Assembly: GCA_964354755.1 (NCBI GenBank)
Contig: CAYHBA010000004.1
Location: 12,644 to 76,643, forward strand
Origin: an uncultured Thermoplasmata archaeon
GTDB taxonomy: Archaea > Thermoplasmatota > Thermoplasmata > SG8-5
Reading direction: 5' to 3'
Length of the DNA stretch: 64,000 nucleotides
Shown: positions 10,029-19,900 of the stretch, piece after piece
How the letters are laid out: each line of letters opens with the position of its first letter
How positions within the stretch are numbered: the first letter of the stretch is position 1
The notes under the pieces: generated by a model
Databases searched by the model: none
What the model was told of the DNA's origin: nothing
What the model saw: only the letters and a program-made list of their open reading frames with translations
Program-made: the position numbers and the translations under genes

Positions 10029-10057
10029 GGGGAGCCGGTCGGCTCCCCTCCTTTTCT
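10029..10057 (+). terminator. Hairpin plus T-rich tract after C11 gene
   Basis: GGGGAGCC-ggtc-GGCTCCCC, then TCCTTTTCT. Confidence 0.5.
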
Positions 10058-10109
10058 AATTTCCTGCGGGCCGGTCGCTAATGCAGTAACCATGGATTCC
10101 AAATGAGCA

Positions 10110-10123
10110 TAATTTAAATACAT
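10110..10123 (+). promoter_or_regulatory. TATA-box-like element upstream of C1 gene
   Basis: TAATTTAAATACAT 35-48 nt upstream of ATG 10158. The identical 14-mer occurs at 13780..13793. Confidence 0.45.
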
Positions 10124-10157
10124 CCAAAGGTATGTTATATGTACAAGAGGTTGGAAA

Positions 10158-13100
10158 ATGGTTCAGATTATGAATTGGAAGTGCGTATTCTCCTGTCTGG
10201 CCGCTGGGCTGCTGATAAGCTCTGCCTTGGGTCTTGCCGCAGGAAGCCTTGAGAGTGGGAATGCAGTCTTGATTGCGGACCCTTTGGAGAATCTTGCTCC
10301 GCCGACCACCTTCGACCTGCGCAACGTCGGCGGACACAATTATGTCACATCGGTAAAAAGCCAGTCAGGAGGGACCTGCTGGACGCACGGCACGATGGCG
10401 GCCATCGAGGGCAACCTGCTGATGACGGGCGAATGGGCCGCGGCAGGGGAGAGCGGCGAGCCGAACCTGGCCGAGTATCATCTGGACTGGTGGAACGGGT
10501 TCAACCAGCACAACAATGACGACACGGTTCCGCCGACAGGCGGAGGCCTGGAGGTGCACCAGGGCGGAGACTATCTAGTGACCTCGGCCTACCTTGGCAG
10601 GGGAGAAGGCGCGGTCAGGGACATTGACGGGCAGTCATACGACATCCCGCCGGAGAGATACGATGACAGCTACCACTATTACTGGGTGAACGATATGGAA
10701 TGGCTGGTTGCCGGCCCCGGCCTAGAGCACATAGACGACATCAAGACCACCATAATGACGGAGGGCGTCATGGGGACATGCATGTGCTATGACAGTGCCT
10801 TCATGTCAGCAACCTACGAGCACTATCAACCTCCCAGCAGCCCGCTCGAACCGAACCACGCGATTGCCATAATCGGCTGGGACGACAACAGGGACACTCC
10901 CGCGCCTGCGAACGGTGCATGGCTATGCAAGAACAGCTGGGGCACAGGCTGGGGATATGCCGGCTACTTCTGGATATCGTACTATGACAAATATAGCTGC
11001 CAGCACCCGGAGATGGGTGCTGTGTCTTTCCAGGATGTCGAACCCATGCCCTACGAGAATGTGTACTATCACGATTATCATGGCTGGCGCGCGACCATGA
11101 CGGACTGCACCGAGGCGTTCAACGCGTTCAACGGGACTGGCATAAACGGCAATGCCGAGCTTCTGGAAGCAGTGAGCTTCTGCACGGCAGAGGACAATGT
11201 AAACTACACCATATGCATATACAACGACTTCATCGGCGGGGAGCTGGCCAACCAGGCCTCCGAGCAATCCGGGTACCTGGCGAGGAAGGGCTTGCACACA
11301 GTAACACTCGACCAGACTGCTTTCGTGTGCCAGAATGACGATTTCTTTGTTTACCTGTCCCTATCCTCCGGAGGGCAACCTTACGATTGCACGTCCGAGG
11401 TTCCGGTGCTCCTGGATTCCGATTCCACCCCTGCATCCTACCAGAAAACCATGGCAGGTACGGTGGTAATATCTGCGGCCGAGCCTGGCCAGAGCTATTA
11501 CAGGGACGGGGGGAATTGGCTAGACCTATACAATTACGACACCAACCACAGCGCCAACTTCTGCATCAAGGCACTGACTGTGGGATGTCCGCCCCTTCCC
11601 ATGTTCGATGGCATCGGTTCCGTGAAGAACGGAGGCACCGGGGAGAGCCTGAGATTGTACTGGAACGCAGCAGAAGATCCTTTCCAGCCTGTCACATACA
11701 ACATATGCAGATGGGACCACAGCCCGAGCAGCGCCGAGATAGCCAACTCATTCTCGGGCTCCGCCTGGTTATACAACGGGACAGCGCTGACATACGAGGA
11801 CACGACCCTGACAGCCGGGCAGCAGTATTACTATGTGGTGCGCGCATACGACAGCATCGGCGAGTCAGACGCGAACGAGGTCATAGGGAGCGGCACACCG
11901 TCGATCGAGTGGTGGCTTCAGAGCTCGGAATCAATAATCATTGGATATCAGGAAATGAACACGGACCCGCTGGACGACCCCTCGGCGGTACAAACGACAT
12001 CCCTAGCCACTTTGGGGGACTTCCGGGTGGGAAACGTTGAGTGGATGAGCGAGGCCTTCGCCGCGCCGCAGGACCCCGCGGGAACATGGACATTCAATGC
12101 GTATGGACATGCATCCTCCCCACTGGTGGCAGGCAATCTCTATGCTAAAATATATCGGTACAACGGCGGTACTCCCTCATTGCTGTTCGCGACCGGATAT
12201 GACGACGAGGACATTGGCGATTACACGGCAACGCATCTGTTCGCATGGACATATACCGCAGGCGCGGGCATCATTCTGGCCGGCGACAGGGTCTATGTTG
12301 AGTACTGGGTGCATGTCACTGCGACCGATGGAAGCGAAACACTGACCACATTCGGAACAACACAATCCGGCGGGCCGCACGATGTGTGGTTCTGCGATGT
12401 GGACGACGCGGTCTCTTCGGAGTTCACAATCCCGAACATCGGAAGCTCAGAATTCACCGATGCGGCCTATGCTAACGCAGCTGCATCGGACAATATCCGG
12501 GCTGGACCGACTGGTTCCTCCGGCGTAGGCGACGAATGGTTCGTCAGGTGCAATTTCACGACCAGAGTGGACCCGGTCACAATCACCGAAATAGACTTGA
12601 CATTCGAAGGCCTGTGGAGTGTTGGCGGCACTGCGACAATGTACGCATATGATGCCGCGTCCGCAACCTGGGTGACAGTAGGCGCAACAGCGCCGATAAT
12701 TGCAGGCACTGACTTGACAATGACCCGAACCATTGCCTCCGGCATGACCGATTACTTCTCCGGGGGCGTCATCAGGTGGGGCGTCTACGGCAGCGGGCCC
12801 ATGAGCACCTGTGCCGTCGACTTCCTGCAGTGTGTCATCACCGCCCCCACAGCATTCACCGTGAATTACGACGATCCTGCCGCCCCAACGAGCATAAACC
12901 CCGCACTGACGGCCGCAGGACCCCAGCCCGAGTACAGCATCGACCTCGCAGGAAAGCCCGCGAACAGCTGGGCGTTCGTGTCCTTCCCCATCGCGGTGAG
13001 CGGCAATGTCCAGGCCATTCTCAACGATATGACCCTTGGCGACGGGGCCACAACCTGGACTGTCGCCAAGTGGTACGACCCAGCAACACCCGCGGACCCA

Positions 13101-13463
13101 TGGAAGACCTACAGGGTCGGCAGCACGACGAATGACCTGGCCACAATCACCAACCTGATGGGTGTGTGGCTGTGGATAACCGCGAACGGCGGGGACCAGA
13201 TGCTGACCGTCGGTGTCAACGGCGACTACCCTGCAACAGCAGTGAACATCAACCTGTACACGGGCTGGAACATTGTCGGATACCCCACTGCAACGAGCAG
13301 GGCAGAATCCGCAACGCTGCCGGCAGCAGCGGACTTTGTAGCAGTCTGGCAGGCAGCAACACCGTACATAACGCAGCATGCCAAGGGCGCGGCCATGATG
13401 TCCCACGGAAACGCCTACTGGGTACATGTGACAGCTGATTGTTTATGGGTTGTAAACCCGTAA
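10158..13463 (+). CDS. Secreted papain-like cysteine peptidase (family C1) with FN3-like and unknown modules plus shared C-terminal domain
   Basis: 1101-aa ORF with an N-terminal signal-like hydrophobic segment. C1 motifs [19 protein letters not shown] (Cys), [11 protein letters not shown] (His) and [21 protein letters not shown] (Asn-Ser-Trp). Confidence 0.9.
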   Translation: MVQIMNWKCVFSCLAAGLLISSALGLAAGSLESGNAVLIADPLENLAPPTTFDLRNVGGHNYVTSVKSQSGGTCWTHGTMAAIEGNLLMTGEWAAAGESGEPNLAEYHLDWWNGFNQHNNDDTVPPTGGGLEVHQGGDYLVTSAYLGRGEGAVRDIDGQSYDIPPERYDDSYHYYWVNDMEWLVAGPGLEHIDDIKTTIMTEGVMGTCMCYDSAFMSATYEHYQPPSSPLEPNHAIAIIGWDDNRDTPAPANGAWLCKNSWGTGWGYAGYFWISYYDKYSCQHPEMGAVSFQDVEPMPYENVYYHDYHGWRATMTDCTEAFNAFNGTGINGNAELLEAVSFCTAEDNVNYTICIYNDFIGGELANQASEQSGYLARKGLHTVTLDQTAFVCQNDDFFVYLSLSSGGQPYDCTSEVPVLLDSDSTPASYQKTMAGTVVISAAEPGQSYYRDGGNWLDLYNYDTNHSANFCIKALTVGCPPLPMFDGIGSVKNGGTGESLRLYWNAAEDPFQPVTYNICRWDHSPSSAEIANSFSGSAWLYNGTALTYEDTTLTAGQQYYYVVRAYDSIGESDANEVIGSGTPSIEWWLQSSESIIIGYQEMNTDPLDDPSAVQTTSLATLGDFRVGNVEWMSEAFAAPQDPAGTWTFNAYGHASSPLVAGNLYAKIYRYNGGTPSLLFATGYDDEDIGDYTATHLFAWTYTAGAGIILAGDRVYVEYWVHVTATDGSETLTTFGTTQSGGPHDVWFCDVDDAVSSEFTIPNIGSSEFTDAAYANAAASDNIRAGPTGSSGVGDEWFVRCNFTTRVDPVTITEIDLTFEGLWSVGGTATMYAYDAASATWVTVGATAPIIAGTDLTMTRTIASGMTDYFSGGVIRWGVYGSGPMSTCAVDFLQCVITAPTAFTVNYDDPAAPTSINPALTAAGPQPEYSIDLAGKPANSWAFVSFPIAVSGNVQAILNDMTLGDGATTWTVAKWYDPATPADPWKTYRVGSTTNDLATITNLMGVWLWITANGGDQMLTVGVNGDYPATAVNINLYTGWNIVGYPTATSRAESATLPAAADFVAVWQAATPYITQHAKGAAMMSHGNAYWVHVTADCLWVVNP
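12933..13460 (+). other. Shared CTD, copy 4, 176 aa
   Basis: [19 protein letters not shown]...[16 protein letters not shown]-stop. Confidence 0.85.
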
Positions 13464-13666
13464 TCCACATCCAAAGATAGCAATAACTGGCGCTTCATCG
13501 AGCGCCAGCGTTACGGAGGACGAGCATGTGCACCGGAGGTTTTTCATTTACTGAATAATTCTTTTTGCCGAAGGTGCGCCCCGCAGGCGAATAGGTCGCC
13601 GAGGCAAAGACGAATCCGCAGATTCGTCTGAGAGCGCAGTCCGAAGTTCAAAAAGAAATACTCGCA
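13464..13666 (+). repeat. Structured post-stop repeat element, copy A (MITE-like, unclassified)
   Basis: 203 bp starting right after the stop of the C1 peptidase gene, with 4 mismatches and no indels versus 23284..23486. Perfect hairpins CTGGCGCT-n6-AGCGCCAG (13487..13508) and GACGAATC-CGCA-GATTCGTC (13609..13628). Outer inverted repeat TTCTTTTTG...CAAAAAGAA. Confidence 0.8.
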
Positions 13667-13668
13667 TA

Positions 13669-13716
13669 CTTTGGGTGCATGTGACGGCAGATTGTACTTG
13701 GGTTGTTAATCCTTAA
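13669..13716 (+). pseudogene. Orphan copy of a CTD gene 3' end ([15 protein letters not shown]-stop) downstream of element A
   Basis: In-frame 16-codon fragment. It differs from the live 3' end (13419..13463) at 9 of 44 aligned nt, yet only one amino acid changes. Confidence 0.6.
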
Positions 13717-13779
13717 TTAGAACTGCTCGTATAAAATTCGGATTGGATATGCAATAATGAAAGATATATCCTTTAGGTG

Positions 13780-13793
13780 TAATTTAAATACAT
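13780..13793 (+). promoter_or_regulatory. TATA-box-like element upstream of C13 gene
   Basis: TAATTTAAATACAT about 110 nt upstream of ATG 13903. Confidence 0.4.
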
Positions 13794-13902
13794 TTAAGTA
13801 TACCATAACCTATTATATTTCTCAAGATGCGCAGTTGCATGAATTTACATTGCGTCATGTTTCGTGCGTATTTTGTGAGTCATTCAGAGGAGCGGTTGAA
13901 AA

Positions 13903-16851
13903 ATGAAGACTAAAAACAGTAATTGTGTGGGTTTGACATTGTTGATTGTTGGTGTGTTATTGATGGCAATACCCATTCCTTTGTCCGGGATCCCAGTTCA
14001 GTCCAATGAGGCTGAAGGGTCCGTATTATTCGGTCAGCCAGCATCAATCGGCAGTCCTGACGAGGCGTTTGATGCCGTGGCCGGTGACATCGGTCCTGGA
14101 AAGGTTGACGGATTGGGGATCTTTGTATCCCGGGAAACATTGCCAGAAGGCACCGTCATCACAAACTATAAGGGTCCGTTTTATGCGCTACAACAAGCCC
14201 AATGGTTTGTTATGATTGACGATCATCCGGGGGCTAACTGGGAGCATCCCTGCCGCTATGTGTTCGTTGATCCTGAAACGGGAGAATGTCAATTTATTGA
14301 AGCGACAAGTCCACCGAGTATGCTGAAGGATATGATCCGATTTCAGGGACCCGATCCATTCGGAGGTGAAAACAGGAAAGGCGGTCAGTCCAGCGATGTT
14401 AACATGCAATCCCGTTCGCCCGAACATTTATGGGCCGTCATTCTCTCCGGAGGTTATGATTCCGGCAACAATCATGTTCGTTACTGGAACGATTGTTCGG
14501 AGATATATAAGACCCTCGTTAACGTTTACGGTTATTTAGATTCACAGATTATTGTGGCAATATCCGACGGTCTTAATCCGGCGGTGGACCAGTCGAACGG
14601 TCAGAATTCCGATCCTGACCTTGATGGCGACGGTGACGACGATATCATGTATCCCTGTCTGTATGCTGATGTTGACTCCATCTTCGCCAATCTTGCTGCA
14701 ACGCTGACCTCGACGGACAGCTTATTTATCTTCACAACGGACCATGGTAGCGGGCAGTATGGCGTCCCGGGACAACCGGTCTGCATGAACCTCTGGAATG
14801 CAGGAGAGTTATGGGATTATCAACTCGCCAGTATGCTCGAACCCATAAACTGTCGTGGAATGATCATAACGATGGAACCTTGTTTTTCAGGAGGTTTTGT
14901 CAATGATATCATAGGCATGAGTTCGACAGTGCCGCGTGTTATTTCCACGGGTGCAAATGATATGGAGTATTCCTGGGCCATGGGCCCCGACTATATTTAC
15001 GATACATACGTCTTTCACTGGACTGCCGCGGTAAGGTGGATGGATGCGTACGGCGTGCCGGTTGATGCCGACACCAACAGTGACACAAAAATAACCATGG
15101 ATGAGGCTTACAACTACGCTCTTTCCATGGACACCGATGACGAACACCCACAGTATGGTGAATGGCCGGTCGGTTTCGGCTCGACTATTACACTGGCCGG
15201 CTCTGGACCTATTTCTATGGGTGAGGTAAAACTGGATAGCACTGGTTACAACTGTAATGATGTGGTAAATATCGTAGTCGAGGATCTCGATCTCGAAGGC
15301 GCCGGGACTGTTCAGGTCTATATCGAAAGCAATACAGAGACCACCCCTGAAACTGTGACTCTGACCGAGACGGATACGGCCCATTTCGAGGGTTCGATTA
15401 CAATGGCCATCGGAGCGCCCTCACCGGACGGTGTTCTGCAGGTTAATGTTGTGGACTTGATAACTGTCACCTACAATGATGCAGATGACGGTACCGGTTC
15501 GCCGGCAATTGCTACTGACACTGCAACCGTTGATGGATTGCCCCCCGGACCTGTGACTGGGCTGACTGTCGAATGGTGGGGAGAGATTTTCGTCACATTG
15601 ATAGACGAGCATTTCTCGACCAATCCGGGCTGGACTATAACGCACACTGCCGGCACAGCCTGGACATATTCTGCGACCAACCAGAGAATGGAGAACACCT
15701 ACGGCTATCCGAACTCCGGATACCTTGACAGCCCGGTGGTTGACTGCACGGGTCTAACTGGCACCACGCTGTCGTTCTGGCATTTCTGGCAGGCTAACTA
15801 CGCCGGCGGGACGCAGGACGGATACGTCCGAGGCAGCATCGACGGCGGTTCTACCTGGCCTCACCTCGTGGACGAGTTCCATCACAACGATCCGGCCACG
15901 GAGACCGCTGTGAAGAATTACACGATACCCTGGGCAGACGGCCACAGTCTGGTGAGAATACGCTACGACATCTACAACTACGATGATTGGTACTGGCGCA
16001 TAGACGATGTGCTCATGACCGCGGGTGGCGGGAGCACGACAGAGCACAACTGGCTGAATTGGACGCTTTCGGCGGACGACGGGGCAGGCGCGAACGACGT
16101 GGACCATTACAACATCTACCGGGCCTTGGCAGCGTCCGGGCCATGGGACGCAACGGCGCTTATTGACACCGCGCCCGCGGGTACGGCCACCTACATGGAC
16201 CTCGGCCGGGGGGAACCGGACGGTATCAACTGGTGGTACGTGGTTCGCGCTGAGGATATCTGGGGCAACGAGGAGATGAACACAATCGCGGTTCCAGAAA
16301 TCTCAACCGGGCTGACTGCCTACAATATCGACCTGACAGGCCATGCGAGCAACAGCTGGGTGTTCGTCTCGTTCCCGCATGCGGTGAGCGGCAATATCCA
16401 GGCCATGCTGAACGATGCGACATTGGGCGACGGAGCCACGACCTGGACCGTGGCCAAGTGGTACAACCCGCAGACACCGAACGACCTGTGGAAGACCTAC
16501 AGGGTCGGAAGTACAGTGAACGACCTTGCCACAATAAGCAACCTCATGGGCGTGTGGCTCTGGATCACTGCGAATGGCGGGGACCAGCATCTCACGGTCG
16601 GCGTCAACGGGGACTATTCGTCAACGGCTGTGACCGTCAACCTGTACACTGGCTGGAACATGGTCGGATACCCGAGTGCGACAAGCAGGGCGGAATCAGC
16701 CACGTTGCCGGCAGCAGCGGACTTTGTGGCAGTGTGGCAGGCTGCAACGCCGTACATAACGCAGCACGCTAAAGGCGCGGCCTTGATGGCCGCGGGCAAT
16801 GCCTACTGGGTGCATGTCACGGCAGACTGCACCTGGACAGTGGACCCGTAA
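13903..16851 (+). CDS. Secreted legumain-like cysteine peptidase (clan CD, family C13-like) with beta-sandwich, MAM-like, FN3 and shared C-terminal domain
   Basis: 982-aa ORF with GAGGAG 11 nt upstream. Signal/anchor VGLTLLIVGVLLMAIPIPLSG. Legumain-like block WAVILSGGYDSGNNHVRYWNDCSEIYKTL. Catalytic dyad contexts FIFTTDHGSG (His) and IITMEPCFSGGF (Cys). Confidence 0.85.
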   Translation: MKTKNSNCVGLTLLIVGVLLMAIPIPLSGIPVQSNEAEGSVLFGQPASIGSPDEAFDAVAGDIGPGKVDGLGIFVSRETLPEGTVITNYKGPFYALQQAQWFVMIDDHPGANWEHPCRYVFVDPETGECQFIEATSPPSMLKDMIRFQGPDPFGGENRKGGQSSDVNMQSRSPEHLWAVILSGGYDSGNNHVRYWNDCSEIYKTLVNVYGYLDSQIIVAISDGLNPAVDQSNGQNSDPDLDGDGDDDIMYPCLYADVDSIFANLAATLTSTDSLFIFTTDHGSGQYGVPGQPVCMNLWNAGELWDYQLASMLEPINCRGMIITMEPCFSGGFVNDIIGMSSTVPRVISTGANDMEYSWAMGPDYIYDTYVFHWTAAVRWMDAYGVPVDADTNSDTKITMDEAYNYALSMDTDDEHPQYGEWPVGFGSTITLAGSGPISMGEVKLDSTGYNCNDVVNIVVEDLDLEGAGTVQVYIESNTETTPETVTLTETDTAHFEGSITMAIGAPSPDGVLQVNVVDLITVTYNDADDGTGSPAIATDTATVDGLPPGPVTGLTVEWWGEIFVTLIDEHFSTNPGWTITHTAGTAWTYSATNQRMENTYGYPNSGYLDSPVVDCTGLTGTTLSFWHFWQANYAGGTQDGYVRGSIDGGSTWPHLVDEFHHNDPATETAVKNYTIPWADGHSLVRIRYDIYNYDDWYWRIDDVLMTAGGGSTTEHNWLNWTLSADDGAGANDVDHYNIYRALAASGPWDATALIDTAPAGTATYMDLGRGEPDGINWWYVVRAEDIWGNEEMNTIAVPEISTGLTAYNIDLTGHASNSWVFVSFPHAVSGNIQAMLNDATLGDGATTWTVAKWYNPQTPNDLWKTYRVGSTVNDLATISNLMGVWLWITANGGDQHLTVGVNGDYSSTAVTVNLYTGWNMVGYPSATSRAESATLPAAADFVAVWQAATPYITQHAKGAALMAAGNAYWVHVTADCTWTVDP
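16321..16848 (+). other. Shared CTD, copy 5, 176 aa
   Basis: YNIDLTGHASNSWVFVSFP...[16 protein letters not shown]-stop. Confidence 0.85.
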
Positions 16852-16864
16852 AACGCAAAAGAAT

Positions 16865-16910
16865 GGGGCGCTGAGAGGCGCCCCTCCCTTCAATTTTGTT
16901 TATTTTCTTT
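16865..16910 (+). terminator. Hairpin plus T-rich tract after C13 gene
   Basis: GGGGCGC-tgagag-GCGCCCC, then TCCCTTCAATTTTGTTTATTTTCTTT. Confidence 0.5.
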
Positions 16911-16940
16911 ACTCCACAAATTTTTCGAAGCTCCAAAACA

Positions 16941-16948
16941 TTAAAATA
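16941..16948 (+). promoter_or_regulatory. TATA-box-like element upstream of metallopeptidase gene
   Basis: TTAAAATA 36-43 nt upstream of ATG 16984. Confidence 0.4.
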
Positions 16949-16983
16949 GACAACCCTCCATGTTTAAGTTAAGGAGTTCCGAC

Positions 16984-19900
16984 ATGAAGATATTTACTTT
17001 GCAGGCATTTGTTTGGATACTGATTTTAAACCTCATGATTTCCGGTATTATCTTCAATTTTGGTGATTCCCAGGCGGGCTCTGCCGACCTGGAAACAAAG
17101 AGCCAGGACGAATCACTCGCCGACGCCGATCCATGCCCGACTGCGGCATCAGAATCTCCAGCAGTTCCGCAACTGAGGCATATCGGGACATATCCGATCG
17201 CATCCCCGGATGCCAATCTGGATAATCCCAACGACCCGTATTATACCGAATCCCTATACTTCATTAACAATCAAGCTTCGGGCGCTCCAGAAGAAAGTCC
17301 TCCATTGAAAACCGAAAACACGCAATCCCGATTGGCCGGACCTCCTGCCACATCAGATACTGGCAGCGTTGGGTATGAACCTAGGGCGATATACAGCGTT
17401 CAGGGGATTTTCAGATATCAGGACAGGGAGCAGGATGAGACTGGATTCACCGGAGTAAATCCATTATTGCCAATCAGGTTCGCGGATGTCGAAGTATATG
17501 ACGTCAACACACAGCAGGTATTGGCCTCGGGCCACACTGACTTCAACGGTTATTTTTCAATCATGGTCAACGATGCTGTGATTCGGGACATTGCGATTCG
17601 GGCCATAACCACTTCAAATGACCATCCCGGCCTGACAAATCATTCCGTGACACTGACTCCCGGTGACGGCGGTGCCCCCTACACGATAAGTACCCCAACA
17701 TATTTCAATCATCCATTGACAGACATTGATTTCACCGGAACGCCAGTCAATGCAATGGCCGGCGGTGCAGGGAACGCATTCCACCTCTTCGATTGCCAGG
17801 AGAACGTTGAAAGGTACGCTGAAAACCTCACTAGCGCCCAGCCCAGGCACAATCTCACAATATACTGGAGAGCCGGAGCGTCCTATGGCAAGGAGTATGA
17901 CACTAATGGACACATTTATCTGATGGGTTCAAGCGCGGATGACGATTCATACGACGACACTGTGGTTTACCATGAAATGGGGCATTACCTCGCTGGCTGC
18001 TATTCGAAAGATGCAGGATATTACGGCGCTCATAGTCTGAATGGCAACTACGACATCCGGCTTTCATATACCGAGGGCCTGGGCAGTTATTTCATGGGGG
18101 CAGTCAGAGATTATCTGGGTGTGGTTCAGCCCCTTATCTACATCGAGACGAACGGCGTGAGCCTGAACTGGTACGGATACTCGATTAGCTACGACACAGA
18201 CACGCCCTCGGGATATTCCAACCAGCCCCGCCCGTACTCCATGTGCACCGCTGAAAACGAGGCTACGGTCGGTCATGCGCTATTCGACATCGTGGACAGC
18301 TCCGCATCTGACGATGGCACTCCGGGAGTCGACGACGATTTGTTCGACCTGTCAGGATTGCAGGGCGACCAGCTTGTCTGGGACGTTTTGGTTTCCATCG
18401 ACGAAAATGCAACATCATTCACAAAGAAGATCACCATGGAGACCTTCATCGATACTTTCAGGACTATGTACCCTGTATATAATGCGCAACTTACACAGGT
18501 ACTGGCGGACAGCGGTATAGAATACCTCGACGATGCCTATGAGAATGATGACACTTATCTCCAAGCGCAGCCCAAACTTATCGGCAGTGAATATCATCAT
18601 ACGTATTTTGGGGCGGGCGACCAGGACTGGTCGTCATATGGTTTAACCGTAGGAACAGACTATGTTTTCAAGACGATTGACCTGTACGATTGGGCGGACA
18701 CCAAACTTGAGCTTTATGATACTGATGGAATTTCACTGTTAGATTCAAACGACAACCGGGACGACGGAACCAAAGAATCTCTAATAAGATTCTTAGCCCC
18801 AGCAAACGGCCAGTATTACATCAAATCCACAAGAACACCGGAAACGCCGATGCCCACCGGCGAATATGGCAAATATAATCTAACATCATACATAGTTTTC
18901 AATCCCGTGGTTGTTTCCATTGTCCCAAACACAGGGCCAGTTCCTGGGGGGACCACTGTATGTATCACAGGCGAGAATTTCACTGCCAGCGGATCAATCC
19001 TCTTTGGTGTGTATGAGGCGACAGGCGCAATTCTGGCAGGCAATGTCTACACTGTGACCACGCCAGCTAATGTGCCTGGTCCAGTTGACGTGGTTGTGAA
19101 TAATCCTCCTACACAGGATGGCATCATTCCAAGCGGCAAAATGGTAAATGGTTTCACTTACACAGGCACACCGCTGGCCCCGATTGTCAGAGAGGTGTCT
19201 CCGCCCTTTGGGTCGTCAATAACCACGAATGATGTAACAGTCGAGGGCGATTATTTCATGAGTGGAGCCAGCTTGTATTTTGACGACTTGGTGATTATTA
19301 CACCATCCGTAATCAATCCGAAGATGATAACAGCGACTTTACAGATTTTACCCGCCGACATGTATGATGTGAACGTCACAAACCCGGACATGCAATATGA
19401 TGTGCTTGCCAACAGTTATGAGAGCACGCTTCAAATGTTCAACTCGACTACAGTCATTTTCGACTATTACAGCCCACTCACGACAACGATCTTTGTTCCG
19501 GACGATTTCATTATTTCGGACCTCTATGTTTTCGTTAATGTTTCTTATCCCGGGGACGAGCCCGTGGTGGAACTCGAGAGCCCCATTGGCACCACAGCAA
19601 AAGTATTTGATGAAATTCAAGTTGTTGAAGATGATGAAAACTGGCGTACGCAAATGAGTTCCTGGTTCGGGTACGCCGAAGCCCCTTCGGAGGGGCTTTA
19701 CCAGTACAAGGGAGAACACACCCAGGGAGAGTGGACCCTGCGGCTGACCAGCCCAACAAGCTGGGATAGCACCCTGCACTCATGGGGCATCTGTTTCCTG
19801 CAATACAGCCATAGGAACATCTCCAGAATCCTTTACACGCCTTGCGAGTACAGGAATTACCTTCTGGCTGTGGACGGAACCACGGGCGAGCATCTCTATC

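Noticed and set aside
12447-13427. 326-aa ORF on the - strand
   Set aside because: It is antisense to the C1 peptidase tail and CTD. It has a Cys/Arg/Gly-rich composition with no motifs. Similar antisense ORFs recur opposite every CTD copy (for example 8950..9564), as expected from the repeated sequence.
13515-13555. Small ORF (GGAGG-n6-ATG, MCTGGFSFTE-stop) or C/D-box sRNA inside the repeat elements
   Set aside because: In copy C the same ATG opens a different, longer peptide, so the peptide is not conserved. The CTGA and ATGATG-like strings are not jointly present in all copies, so there is no consistent C/D box pair.
13412-13716. Diversity-generating retroelement (VR/TR pair) as an explanation for the duplicated 3' ends
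   Set aside because: There is no reverse transcriptase in the window. The repeat is only about 45 nt. Mismatches between the copies (a/g, t/a, t/c, a/t, c/t, g/t) are not adenine-specific and are almost all synonymous.
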